Part shown: piece after piece, positions 47,423-56,130 of the stretch
Layout of the letters: each line of letters opens with the position of its first letter
Numbering within the stretch: position 1 is the stretch's first letter
Source: a virus
Virus record (IMG/VR): IMGVR_UViG_3300029787_005452
Span: 96,001 to 160,000 of that record
Direction: 5' to 3' (one strand)
DNA length: 64,000 nt
Position numbers and translations under genes: made by a program
The notes under the pieces: model-generated
Told to the model about the DNA's origin: nothing
The model's input: the letters and a program-made list of their open reading frames with translations, nothing else
Databases searched by the model: none

Positions 47423-47929
47423 ATGGCTTCAGATAGAGTTAGTAAAGAAGTAAGTGAATTATGCCCTATACCATCTCATACGTGGTATTGGAAACCAGCG
47501 TCAGTGATACTCGAGCGACCAACAGTTAAGAGTAATCTTGATAAAGTAGCGTTAAATGAACCGTTAATGGAAAATCTTAAAAAGGAGTCAATTAAAAATC
47601 CTTTTTTATGCCTTTCAAACTGGTGGCCTTTAGTTGGTAGTCAGAGACTAAGAGCTATTAGGGAGATAAGAGAAAACGATAAAGATTATGATCCACTTCT
47701 ACAATTAGCTGTCTTTGATAAGCCATATGAAAATGTATGGCATTTATGGGGTGATAAAAAATTTAGATCTAAAGCTTCTGCTATACAGTATCAACTATGG
47801 GAACTAGTATTTAAGAGTCAGTGGCATTCTGTACCATTAACTGAAGATGGTATTGATATGAAATATTACGAAACGCTCGGTGACCAGCTATCGGGGTGGA
47901 GCGAGGTAACTAATCCTTCGGAAACTTAG
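47423..47929 (+). CDS. ParB/Sulfiredoxin-like domain protein (start reassigned from 47405)
   Basis: LMENLKKESIKNPF...LVGSQRLRAI resembles the ParB-N motif. Confidence 0.5.
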   Translation: MASDRVSKEVSELCPIPSHTWYWKPASVILERPTVKSNLDKVALNEPLMENLKKESIKNPFLCLSNWWPLVGSQRLRAIREIRENDKDYDPLLQLAVFDKPYENVWHLWGDKKFRSKASAIQYQLWELVFKSQWHSVPLTEDGIDMKYYETLGDQLSGWSEVTNPSET

Positions 47930-48161
47930 CTTTAATAGCTTTTCTATGATCTATCTTAACTTGATCACCTTTAAGATCAATATCAATATTATACTGGGTG
48001 GATAAGGTGTCAATTATTGTAGATAAAATATCATATATATGCCCAATGTCTGCATCGGATGCTTCAGGGTAATGCAATTCTCTTTTCGCATAATAAGGAA
48101 GATTATCAAAATTACCCGATATTGCACCCCAGTCGGTGTTTTGTTTATTTTTGAATGACAT
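47910..48161 (-). CDS. Hypothetical protein
   Basis: 83 aa; TAAATA 9 nt upstream. Confidence 0.5.
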   Translation of the reverse strand: MSFKNKQNTDWGAISGNFDNLPYYAKRELHYPEASDADIGHIYDILSTIIDTLSTQYNIDIDLKGDQVKIDHRKAIKAKFPKD

Positions 48162-48176
48162 ATGTTTAATTATTTA

Positions 48177-49799
48177 TTAATAAGCGTTGTAGCTGAATGG
48201 CCAGTAATCATTTGCAGAGGTTGTATCTAATAAGCTTTGCATACTTCTATTTGTATTGGTAAGAGTTCCGGAAGCGTTTATTATTAATCTCATATCAGTT
48301 GATGCTTTAATTTTTATACCTATTGTATCAGATTCGGCAAAGGCTTGGTATGGACCCCCGGCTACTGAATTTCTAATAGCAAAGTAAGGGTATACATGAA
48401 TATATCTATTTGTGTTGAATAAATTTGCTGGAGATATAAGATTAACATTAGCTAATGTATAATCGACTTTGGCTACTGGAAACACCGGGTTTGAGATTTG
48501 GAAGAAGGTCCCCTGGCCACTTCCTTGAACATTCACAAAATCAGTTAAAGAATCTGACGGAGTCGCTAAAAATCCTATATTGCATAATCCATTTATAGCA
48601 GCAAGGTTTTGTATATTTGTATAATCAACTTCAAATGTAATGTTATATAATCTTATACCGGTAACTGCAGATGGTCCTGACACATGGTCAAGTAAATCGA
48701 TGGTAAACATTGAAGCAGCAGCGCGCCGAGCTATAAAATCTCCTACTGTATATTCACCAGCAAAAGGGGCTATTGTGTTACCAACACCTATTACCGATGA
48801 GTATACATCACCCGTTCCTCTAGAATATGTACCAATTGCTTTTTCAGTAGTAGCCCCGGAATAAGTTATATCACCAGTCGGAGTATAATTAGCTGTTGAT
48901 GGTACACTTTTAATAGCTAATTTACCATCTTGAATAGATAGGGTATCATCATCAACAACTACTTCTAATTCACCGGTATCAGAGTTAGATGTTAATGCTT
49001 TGCCGTCAGAAAATTTTATCATATTACCGGTGATAATATCATCTCTTGCAACTAAAGTATTAGCTATAATAGTACCTGTGTTACCTTCTAGATAAAATCC
49101 TTGTGTACCGAGAACTATTACCCCTGTACCTGAATTATATGAACCATCAAAGTTTTTACTCTGTATTGAACCAGTAATAATAGCATTAGAAGATATAGAT
49201 TGAGCGGTAATAATATTTGATGCTATCATTGATTCAGATGCTATAGTACCATTAGATATTTTATCAGCTGTAATTGCATTAGCTGCTAGGGTATCAGCTG
49301 TAATTGCATTAGCTGCTAGGGTATCAGTTGTAATACTATTCGCTGCTATTTGATCGGCTGTAATTACATTCGCTGCTATTTGATCAGCTGTAATTATATT
49401 GGCTGCTAGGGTATCAGTTGTAATACTATTCGCTGCTATTTGATCAACTGTAATACTATTTGATGCTATGCTATCACTTGTAATATTATTTGCTGCTATT
49501 TCATCAGCTGTAATTGCATTAGAAGCAATATCATTACTTGTAATTGCATTTGCTGCTATCTTGTCAGCTGTAACACTATTGGCTTGTAGGTGTCTAGAGG
49601 CAATTGCCAAGTCAGCGATCTTATCTTCTACAATTGCATTTTTGTTAATCTCACCAGTGTTTATAGAATTTTCATGAATAAAATCATCTACCGAGACTGA
49701 ACGGGTTTTATTGATGCCTGATTTAACTACTAGCAATTTATCAGACCCATCAATTTGCCTTGTTATCTGAACATCTTGTATTTGTTTAACGTTTGCCAT
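48177..49799 (-). CDS. Tail fibre/spike-like protein with decapeptide repeats
   Basis: TAAATA(49806-49811)-N6-ATG; docking-type N-terminus; (ANxITADxIA)n; QGFYL; beta-rich C-terminal head. Confidence 0.7.
   Translation of the reverse strand: MANVKQIQDVQITRQIDGSDKLLVVKSGINKTRSVSVDDFIHENSINTGEINKNAIVEDKIADLAIASRHLQANSVTADKIAANAITSNDIASNAITADEIAANNITSDSIASNSITVDQIAANSITTDTLAANIITADQIAANVITADQIAANSITTDTLAANAITADTLAANAITADKISNGTIASESMIASNIITAQSISSNAIITGSIQSKNFDGSYNSGTGVIVLGTQGFYLEGNTGTIIANTLVARDDIITGNMIKFSDGKALTSNSDTGELEVVVDDDTLSIQDGKLAIKSVPSTANYTPTGDITYSGATTEKAIGTYSRGTGDVYSSVIGVGNTIAPFAGEYTVGDFIARRAAASMFTIDLLDHVSGPSAVTGIRLYNITFEVDYTNIQNLAAINGLCNIGFLATPSDSLTDFVNVQGSGQGTFFQISNPVFPVAKVDYTLANVNLISPANLFNTNRYIHVYPYFAIRNSVAGGPYQAFAESDTIGIKIKASTDMRLIINASGTLTNTNRSMQSLLDTTSANDYWPFSYNAY
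49254..49583 (-). repeat. 30-nt tandem repeat array (about 11 units) encoding A-N-x-I-T-x-D-x-I/L-A
   Basis: e.g. gctgtaattgcattagctgctagggtatca and near-identical variants. Confidence 0.9.
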
Positions 49800-49844
49800 T
49801 TAAATTATTTAATCGTTATTTACTCCGATTAATTAAATAATTTT

Positions 49845-51410
49845 ATGCCATTTGCAGGTAACAGAACTATTTTTGCTAATTTTAATTTAAAAGGTCTACA
49901 AGACCCTGAGTCTAATTATTATAATTACAATGAAGATCAATTTAATGTACTAAATAATGTTTCTGAGTCATTAACTTTAAGGGTTGATAAATCTCATACT
50001 CCTTTTTCTTTATCATTTACAACGAATGGAGTAGATGGTATAGGTTTTAGTGATGATACTTTCAGTTTAAATAAGTTCTATTTTCAAAATCAAAAAATTT
50101 ATTTTACCATCCGGGTTAAAAGTATATTTAATACACCAATAAAATATCTACCTAAGTTAGTAATAGGTACTAACAATAATCAATTATCTTTAAGTGCTAC
50201 TAGTAATGGTAAATATGTAGATACCTTTTTTTACAGTAATACAATTATTATAGATGATAAAGCAGGTGGATATTTTAAAGGTTATATTATTTTAGATAAA
50301 CCATATGATAATGTAAAACTAACAGGTGAAGTAAAAACTACTGTAGAAAATGTTAATGAATTTGCAACTAATGCTGGTAACGGGGTCGTGACTGGAGATT
50401 CTTCACTATTTAACGTTTACCCGATTAAGGGTAAAAATATATATAGAAAAATAAATGAAGATAATGATCAGAAAGAAAATTACAAAAAATTGATATTTCA
50501 AAATATTTTAACTGATAAGAATAATTTCTTTGATAATTTTCTAGGGACAATGGTAGGAGATATTAGCGGAGATCCAAATAATTTAGGTACTAAAATTTAT
50601 GAAAAGATTAGCAATATGCCTTCAAATATTGCAGATGTAAATTATAGCAATGTTAGATCTTTAATAAGTATGCTAGAATCTACTGATATAGATGTAGAAA
50701 AATACTTTATAAGTATACCACCTAGCCTTCAAAGAATTGTAGATAATCTATCTGTACCAGCTTCATTGCAAATTGGGTCAATTAATAATTTTAATGAAAA
50801 TTTTGATAGTAAAGGCTATGAAAATTCTAAAATTTATGGTACTAATAAAGGAGCAGAGTTAGACTTTAACACAACTGAATTAAAAACTGGCCCCGACTCA
50901 AAACCTATAGTAGCATATGAAAAATTTAGCGAAAACTATACATTACTAGATACTAATTTATTAAGTACTAATGATTTTCGATATAATAATATTAATTCAA
51001 ATACATATAGTCTATCTGACTATAATAGGTCATGGGGTTGGAATTTATTAGTACCTCAAGATATATTTGATAATAGAAACCCTATTGCTTTTGAAACAAA
51101 TACATTTAGCAATAAAGGGGTAAGTTTAAGCAGTTCAAGATTTAAATTACAAGATAATATTTGGAGATTATTAGACCAAAAATTTGATACGATCAAAGGT
51201 GATCCAAATAATATTAAAAATTTCTATAAATTTTATGAATATATAGAAGGTGTAGATGGGTCTTACGAGCAAAAATTTATAGATTATAATAACCCAGCTA
51301 CGAAGTTTGAAACTATAACAGCATATAGTCAATTTGAAGATGAAGGTGGTTTAATAGATCAGTTTGTTATGCAAAATATATATACTGGTTTATCTCTTTT
51401 ATCTTCATAA
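49845..51410 (+). CDS. Late structural (baseplate-peripheral) protein
   Basis: TAAATA(49834-49839)-N5-ATG; Asn/Ser-rich; FFDNFLGTMVG, WGWNL. Confidence 0.55.
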   Translation: MPFAGNRTIFANFNLKGLQDPESNYYNYNEDQFNVLNNVSESLTLRVDKSHTPFSLSFTTNGVDGIGFSDDTFSLNKFYFQNQKIYFTIRVKSIFNTPIKYLPKLVIGTNNNQLSLSATSNGKYVDTFFYSNTIIIDDKAGGYFKGYIILDKPYDNVKLTGEVKTTVENVNEFATNAGNGVVTGDSSLFNVYPIKGKNIYRKINEDNDQKENYKKLIFQNILTDKNNFFDNFLGTMVGDISGDPNNLGTKIYEKISNMPSNIADVNYSNVRSLISMLESTDIDVEKYFISIPPSLQRIVDNLSVPASLQIGSINNFNENFDSKGYENSKIYGTNKGAELDFNTTELKTGPDSKPIVAYEKFSENYTLLDTNLLSTNDFRYNNINSNTYSLSDYNRSWGWNLLVPQDIFDNRNPIAFETNTFSNKGVSLSSSRFKLQDNIWRLLDQKFDTIKGDPNNIKNFYKFYEYIEGVDGSYEQKFIDYNNPATKFETITAYSQFEDEGGLIDQFVMQNIYTGLSLLSS

Positions 51411-51418
51411 ATTATAGT

Positions 51419-52228
51419 ATGTTTACGGTAGGTATTGCTACTTATGATGATTATTCAGGTCTTTATTATACTATACAATCGATCCGTTTATTTCACCCAT
51501 TAGTTACTGAAGTTGTTGTAATCGATAATAACCCCGAATCAAATGATGGTAAATTAAATGAAAAATTGTGTAACCATAAAAGTAATTTAAAGATACAATA
51601 TATAAAATATACAGAAAAGAAGACTTCATTTTGTAAAGAAGAAGCTTTTAAATATGCATCCAATGAATACGTTGTTATTTGTGATAGTCATATTTTATTC
51701 CTTCCTAATGCTTTTGAAAAATTGAAAAAGTTTTACGAAAATGGTCATAAAAAATATGATTTTGTCCAAGGCCCATTAATTTATGATGATGGTAAAACTA
51801 TTAGCACCCATTTAGATTCAGAATGGGGTTCTAATTTTTATGGTAAATGGCAAACTAAAATAACTAATGATGAATGGTTTGAAATTGAAGCGCAAGGTAT
51901 GGGAGTATTTTCATGTAAAAAAAATGAATGGTTAGGTTTTAATAAGTTATTTACAGGTTTTGGAGGGGAAGAACACTATATACATGAAAAGTACAGGCAA
52001 GCAGGGGGTAGATGTATATGTGTCAATGATTTTAGATGGATGCATAGATTTGATAGACCAGAAGGGGCACCTTTTCCTAATATTTTAGAAGATAGATTTA
52101 GAAATTATATCATTGGTCGAATAGAATTAAATTTAGAATATCAAGATGTTATATTTGCATTTTCTGATAAATTACATGCATTTTCAATGCATAAAATAAT
52201 ACAAGAGGTAAAAATGTGCATTGCATAA
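51419..52228 (+). CDS. Family 2 glycosyltransferase within virion gene block
   Basis: VGIATY, VVIDNN, VVICDSH (DxH variant of DxD), GFGGEEHYIHEK, WMHRF. Confidence 0.85.
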   Translation: MFTVGIATYDDYSGLYYTIQSIRLFHPLVTEVVVIDNNPESNDGKLNEKLCNHKSNLKIQYIKYTEKKTSFCKEEAFKYASNEYVVICDSHILFLPNAFEKLKKFYENGHKKYDFVQGPLIYDDGKTISTHLDSEWGSNFYGKWQTKITNDEWFEIEAQGMGVFSCKKNEWLGFNKLFTGFGGEEHYIHEKYRQAGGRCICVNDFRWMHRFDRPEGAPFPNILEDRFRNYIIGRIELNLEYQDVIFAFSDKLHAFSMHKIIQEVKMCIA

Positions 52229-52249
52229 GTTTTAATATAAATACTTTAT

Positions 52250-54022
52250 ATGGCAGATGATTTAGATTTTTTCAATAAAGAGTTTGACTCGTTAAACAGA
52301 AATGATATTTTCTATACTGAAACTCACCCTGTTTGTTCTAATAACTTTTTAGATTTCAATCAAGCCTTAATTGATGTTATAAATGAAAAAAATATTACTT
52401 TAAGTGAATTAAGTGCTATACAAGGACCATTTGTAACATTTAATGAATTAGATGTAAATTTATTAGATAGGTCTGATTATATTGATTATACAAAAGATGG
52501 GGAAAATAATTTAAAACTTCCTTTTGACAATCAATTAGTTGCTAAAACTATCGGAACTGATTATTACTATTTATCAACTGATAGCCAATATAATTCAGTA
52601 TCCGGTATAATGTTTGAAGCAACTAATAAAGTTAATAATTTACTTAATATTAATCACCCTACTACGCTATCTATTTCAACGTCTTCACAAGTATTTGAAA
52701 GAGATATATCTTATTATTTTAGACCTACTGATTTTTCAGTATTAAAAATGCAAGGTGAATTTGATTTTGTTAAAAAAGATAATTTAAAAGATAATAACGT
52801 TTATATGTTTCCAGATCCTAATAATTATGGTAGCGTTAGTTGGTTAGGTAAATCTCCAAGACCTAGCCCTTTTGATTTTATTTTAAAAGAAGACATTTAC
52901 AAAAATAAATCTTCTTCATTCGGTGTAAAAAATACAAAAAGTACAAATAAAAATCAAAATTTTTATTCATATGATACATTAGAACAAAAACGATATAAGC
53001 CTAATTATTTAAGTTCATTTCCAACTAAATACCCTGAAAAATTTAATAATGGTATTATTGAAAATGTTAACTACGATATATATGGTAATGAATTTATTGA
53101 ATACATTAACACAAAAAGTGTTATTGAAAATAAAAATAATGATTCTTATATACAAGACAGAACCATTTTTACAGGTAGTAATACTATAGTAGATCAAGAA
53201 AATGTTAATGGTACAATTGAAACTAAAAAAGATTTTTTAACTAATAAACTTTCCGTTAAAAACGTTTTTACTTTTAATTTATCTTCCAATAAGTTTGAAC
53301 CTATTAGTGCTGCTTTTAATGACGTATTTAAAAAATACAATTATGATGAAAAGCTATATGACGAACTTAACAACTCTATTATTAATATAAATTTATATGA
53401 GGATGTTTTTTCAATTACCACACCATCATATAATGTAATTGATAGTTATGTTTATAATGGTGAATTTATACAAGATGATTTCCACCCATTAATATTAGAA
53501 TACGGTTCAGATGATTCTTTCTTTAATAAAGTATCTAATGATTATTTGATCGGTAGCAAAATTTATAAAGTTGAGACATCATTGCTACCTCAAGCATCTG
53601 CAACAAATGATATTTTAATTTATGAAATATACAACTATGATATAACTACAAATAAAATAGACAAAATATTAGATAAAAATAAAAAAAGTAATAATGCAAC
53701 GTATTATGATAATTTTAATTTTGATTTGCCAGTCAAACCAAAATATATTAAAAATATAAATATTACATATAGTTCTAAACTTGAGGTATTTAATATAACT
53801 ACTCAGATAAATGACCTATGTGATAATTTTTATATAAACAGTGTATTATATAAAGTTATAGATGATGTATTTTATTTTTATGAAAATGATTTTTACCAAC
53901 CTGATAACTTTTTTGCCACTACTAATTTTTATTTATCAGGGGACTTTACTAGAGCTTATACATTTGCATCTTTAAGCGGGTCCCCAACTCAAGATAAACT
54001 TAACGGAATTTTATACTTATAA
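52250..54022 (+). CDS. Late structural protein
   Basis: TATAAATA(52236-52243)-N6-ATG; Asn/Tyr/Phe-rich. Confidence 0.55.
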   Translation: MADDLDFFNKEFDSLNRNDIFYTETHPVCSNNFLDFNQALIDVINEKNITLSELSAIQGPFVTFNELDVNLLDRSDYIDYTKDGENNLKLPFDNQLVAKTIGTDYYYLSTDSQYNSVSGIMFEATNKVNNLLNINHPTTLSISTSSQVFERDISYYFRPTDFSVLKMQGEFDFVKKDNLKDNNVYMFPDPNNYGSVSWLGKSPRPSPFDFILKEDIYKNKSSSFGVKNTKSTNKNQNFYSYDTLEQKRYKPNYLSSFPTKYPEKFNNGIIENVNYDIYGNEFIEYINTKSVIENKNNDSYIQDRTIFTGSNTIVDQENVNGTIETKKDFLTNKLSVKNVFTFNLSSNKFEPISAAFNDVFKKYNYDEKLYDELNNSIININLYEDVFSITTPSYNVIDSYVYNGEFIQDDFHPLILEYGSDDSFFNKVSNDYLIGSKIYKVETSLLPQASATNDILIYEIYNYDITTNKIDKILDKNKKSNNATYYDNFNFDLPVKPKYIKNINITYSSKLEVFNITTQINDLCDNFYINSVLYKVIDDVFYFYENDFYQPDNFFATTNFYLSGDFTRAYTFASLSGSPTQDKLNGILYL

Positions 54023-54654
54023 TGGAATTTAATAAAACAGTTAAAATAGAAAGCGACTTTCCTTTTGTAAGTGAATCAAGCGTTAAAATATTTTCAGTTT
54101 CAGACATTACTACTGTTACTTTTGATATAAACGGGGTAGCTAAATATCAAGGTTCTAACTATAATTTAGGTATTTTGAAAACTATAGCTCATTACGGTGA
54201 TAATGAAATAGAGATTATACCTAGTCAGTTGAACCCCACTACGCTAGGTTTTGAACCAGTCAGTTCATTTGATCATACTTATCATGTAGATACAGAAGAT
54301 AGTAACCTATTAGGAAAACTTGAATTTAAATATAAAAATGGTGAGACACATACTGTATTTTTATCAGTATTTACATCTCAAAGTAATAATATAGATTTAG
54401 AGCTTTATACAGCCAATAATCAATCATTTTTTAGCAATGGTGAAGTAAGAGAATTAATAAACTTTACTAATCATGAAAATACCTTATATAGTATGGCATA
54501 TACACCTACCCCTCTGTATAAATTTGATGATAAAACTGGTAGTATAGAATTCTTTACTTTAACAGGTGCAGGTAATTTCTTAGCAACTGAAGATGGTACC
54601 CCTATACTGTTGAAAGGATTTAGCTACAATGACCTATTTATAAATGTAACTTAA
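54022..54654 (+). CDS. Late structural protein
   Basis: TAATG-coupled; beta-rich; C-terminal FLATEDGTPILL. Confidence 0.55.
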   Translation: MEFNKTVKIESDFPFVSESSVKIFSVSDITTVTFDINGVAKYQGSNYNLGILKTIAHYGDNEIEIIPSQLNPTTLGFEPVSSFDHTYHVDTEDSNLLGKLEFKYKNGETHTVFLSVFTSQSNNIDLELYTANNQSFFSNGEVRELINFTNHENTLYSMAYTPTPLYKFDDKTGSIEFFTLTGAGNFLATEDGTPILLKGFSYNDLFINVT

Positions 54655-55277
54655 ACTAATTTTACGTTAAAACAAATAGTAATTCTTAATTCATCTGATT
54701 CGTTCTTTTTTACTCTGTGATAAGTTTCACTGGGAAAAACAATTAGATCATCTTGAATTACTTCAGGGGTATATTCTTCTTCCAAATAATCTACATTTTT
54801 ATATTTTGCATTCTTTTTAGTGTAGTATCTATTCAACACTCTTCTATTATTACAAAATGTTACTGAGTTATGTAATTTAGGGTCAAATTTAAAAAAATGA
54901 ATACATGAAAAATTTTTTTCATGAGCACCATTTGCATGTTGATGAATTGTAGCTTCTTTACCTTTATCATAAGCATTATACCATATCTCATCTATTTTTA
55001 CTTTATAATCAATACTTAAATTTTCTTTATTATAATCATTTAAATTTTTTTCATATATAGGTATTATTTTTTCATAATTTATTTTTTTTAAACCTTCTAA
55101 ATCGGTAGTAGTTCTATTTTCATCAGTATTAACTCCCCACCAGGTACAATTATTATTTTTTAAATTATAATTATAGATAATATCATTTAAAATTTCATCT
55201 CTAACCAACTTAAAGTCATCCTTTAAATTTTTTTTTAAGAAAAATGGACTAAAAAAATTTATTTTTTTAAAGCTCAT
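54651..55277 (-). CDS. 2OG-Fe(II) oxygenase (start reassigned from 55328)
   Basis: WYNAY...IHQH, FSCIHF, DLIVFPS..YHRV...RITICFN. Confidence 0.8.
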   Translation of the reverse strand: MSFKKINFFSPFFLKKNLKDDFKLVRDEILNDIIYNYNLKNNNCTWWGVNTDENRTTTDLEGLKKINYEKIIPIYEKNLNDYNKENLSIDYKVKIDEIWYNAYDKGKEATIHQHANGAHEKNFSCIHFFKFDPKLHNSVTFCNNRRVLNRYYTKKNAKYKNVDYLEEEYTPEVIQDDLIVFPSETYHRVKKNESDELRITICFNVKLV

Positions 55278-55686
55278 ATAGGTTATCATAATCATTCTGC
55301 GTGAATGATGTATCATATAAATCTTCAAAAAATGCAGAAGCTCCTTCGTAATACGTTATTACTTCTTCAGCTGATAAACTATTTTTAAATAAATTATATC
55401 TTTTACTTATTATATTAAATCTTGTACCTAAATTACTTTCAATAAGAGGTATATAGGTATTTTTCAATTCAGATCCTGATAAACTTAATATATTATTATT
55501 AGCGTCTTTAAATTCTATTTCATCATTAATATTTGATATCATTTTTAATCTTACTAATGAAGCATCATCAACATCAAAAGGAATACTATCAATCGTTAAG
55601 GGTGAATTTTCAAAAATACCTTTTAATTCACGCAAGTTTTCATTATCTAAATAAATTGTTTCTATTAATTTAATATCTATATTCAT
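55267..55686 (-). CDS. Hypothetical, possible fibre assembly/accessory protein
   Basis: Downstream of fibre gene; PFDVDDASLVRL resembles DUF4376-type accessory proteins. Confidence 0.5.
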   Translation of the reverse strand: MNIDIKLIETIYLDNENLRELKGIFENSPLTIDSIPFDVDDASLVRLKMISNINDEIEFKDANNNILSLSGSELKNTYIPLIESNLGTRFNIISKRYNLFKNSLSAEEVITYYEGASAFFEDLYDTSFTQNDYDNLYEL

Positions 55687-55690
55687 TTTA

Positions 55691-56122
55691 TTAAAGAGCA
55701 GTAATGCTGTAGGTGGTTGACGATAAATTATTATATAATGAATTACTAAATTCTAATGTATATACACCGGCTGTATCAGTTGTAAAGGTTAATATTCCAT
55801 CATCGATCGATGGGGCACTTTCAATAATATTGCTATTATATTCTAATTCAAATTGTGTATTAACCGGTATCGATGAAAATGATATGCTATTTGATGAGCT
55901 TATTTCATAAGATAGGGTATTATATTGTATTGGTAAAGTTTGTAATTCTTTAATTTCTGAACTTGATAAAACAAAATAACTATTTCTTATATCTACCTGT
56001 AAGGTTCCTATATCATATAATGATACTGTATCAGAACTATACAATGAAATATCTTCTTCATGTATAGTTCTTAAGGCATTTATACTTCCATCGCTTATAT
56101 TATATTCTATATATCTTTTCAT
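55691..56122 (-). CDS. Late hypothetical, fibre accessory protein
   Basis: TAAATA(56128-56133, overlapping fibre stop)-N5-ATG; Ser-rich beta pattern. Confidence 0.55.
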   Translation of the reverse strand: MKRYIEYNISDGSINALRTIHEEDISLYSSDTVSLYDIGTLQVDIRNSYFVLSSSEIKELQTLPIQYNTLSYEISSSNSISFSSIPVNTQFELEYNSNIIESAPSIDDGILTFTTDTAGVYTLEFSNSLYNNLSSTTYSITAL

Positions 56123-56130
56123 TATTTTAT

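Noticed and set aside
49254-49583. 30-nt repeats as a CRISPR array
   Set aside because: Contiguous, in frame, no spacers, no cas genes; they encode a decapeptide repeat
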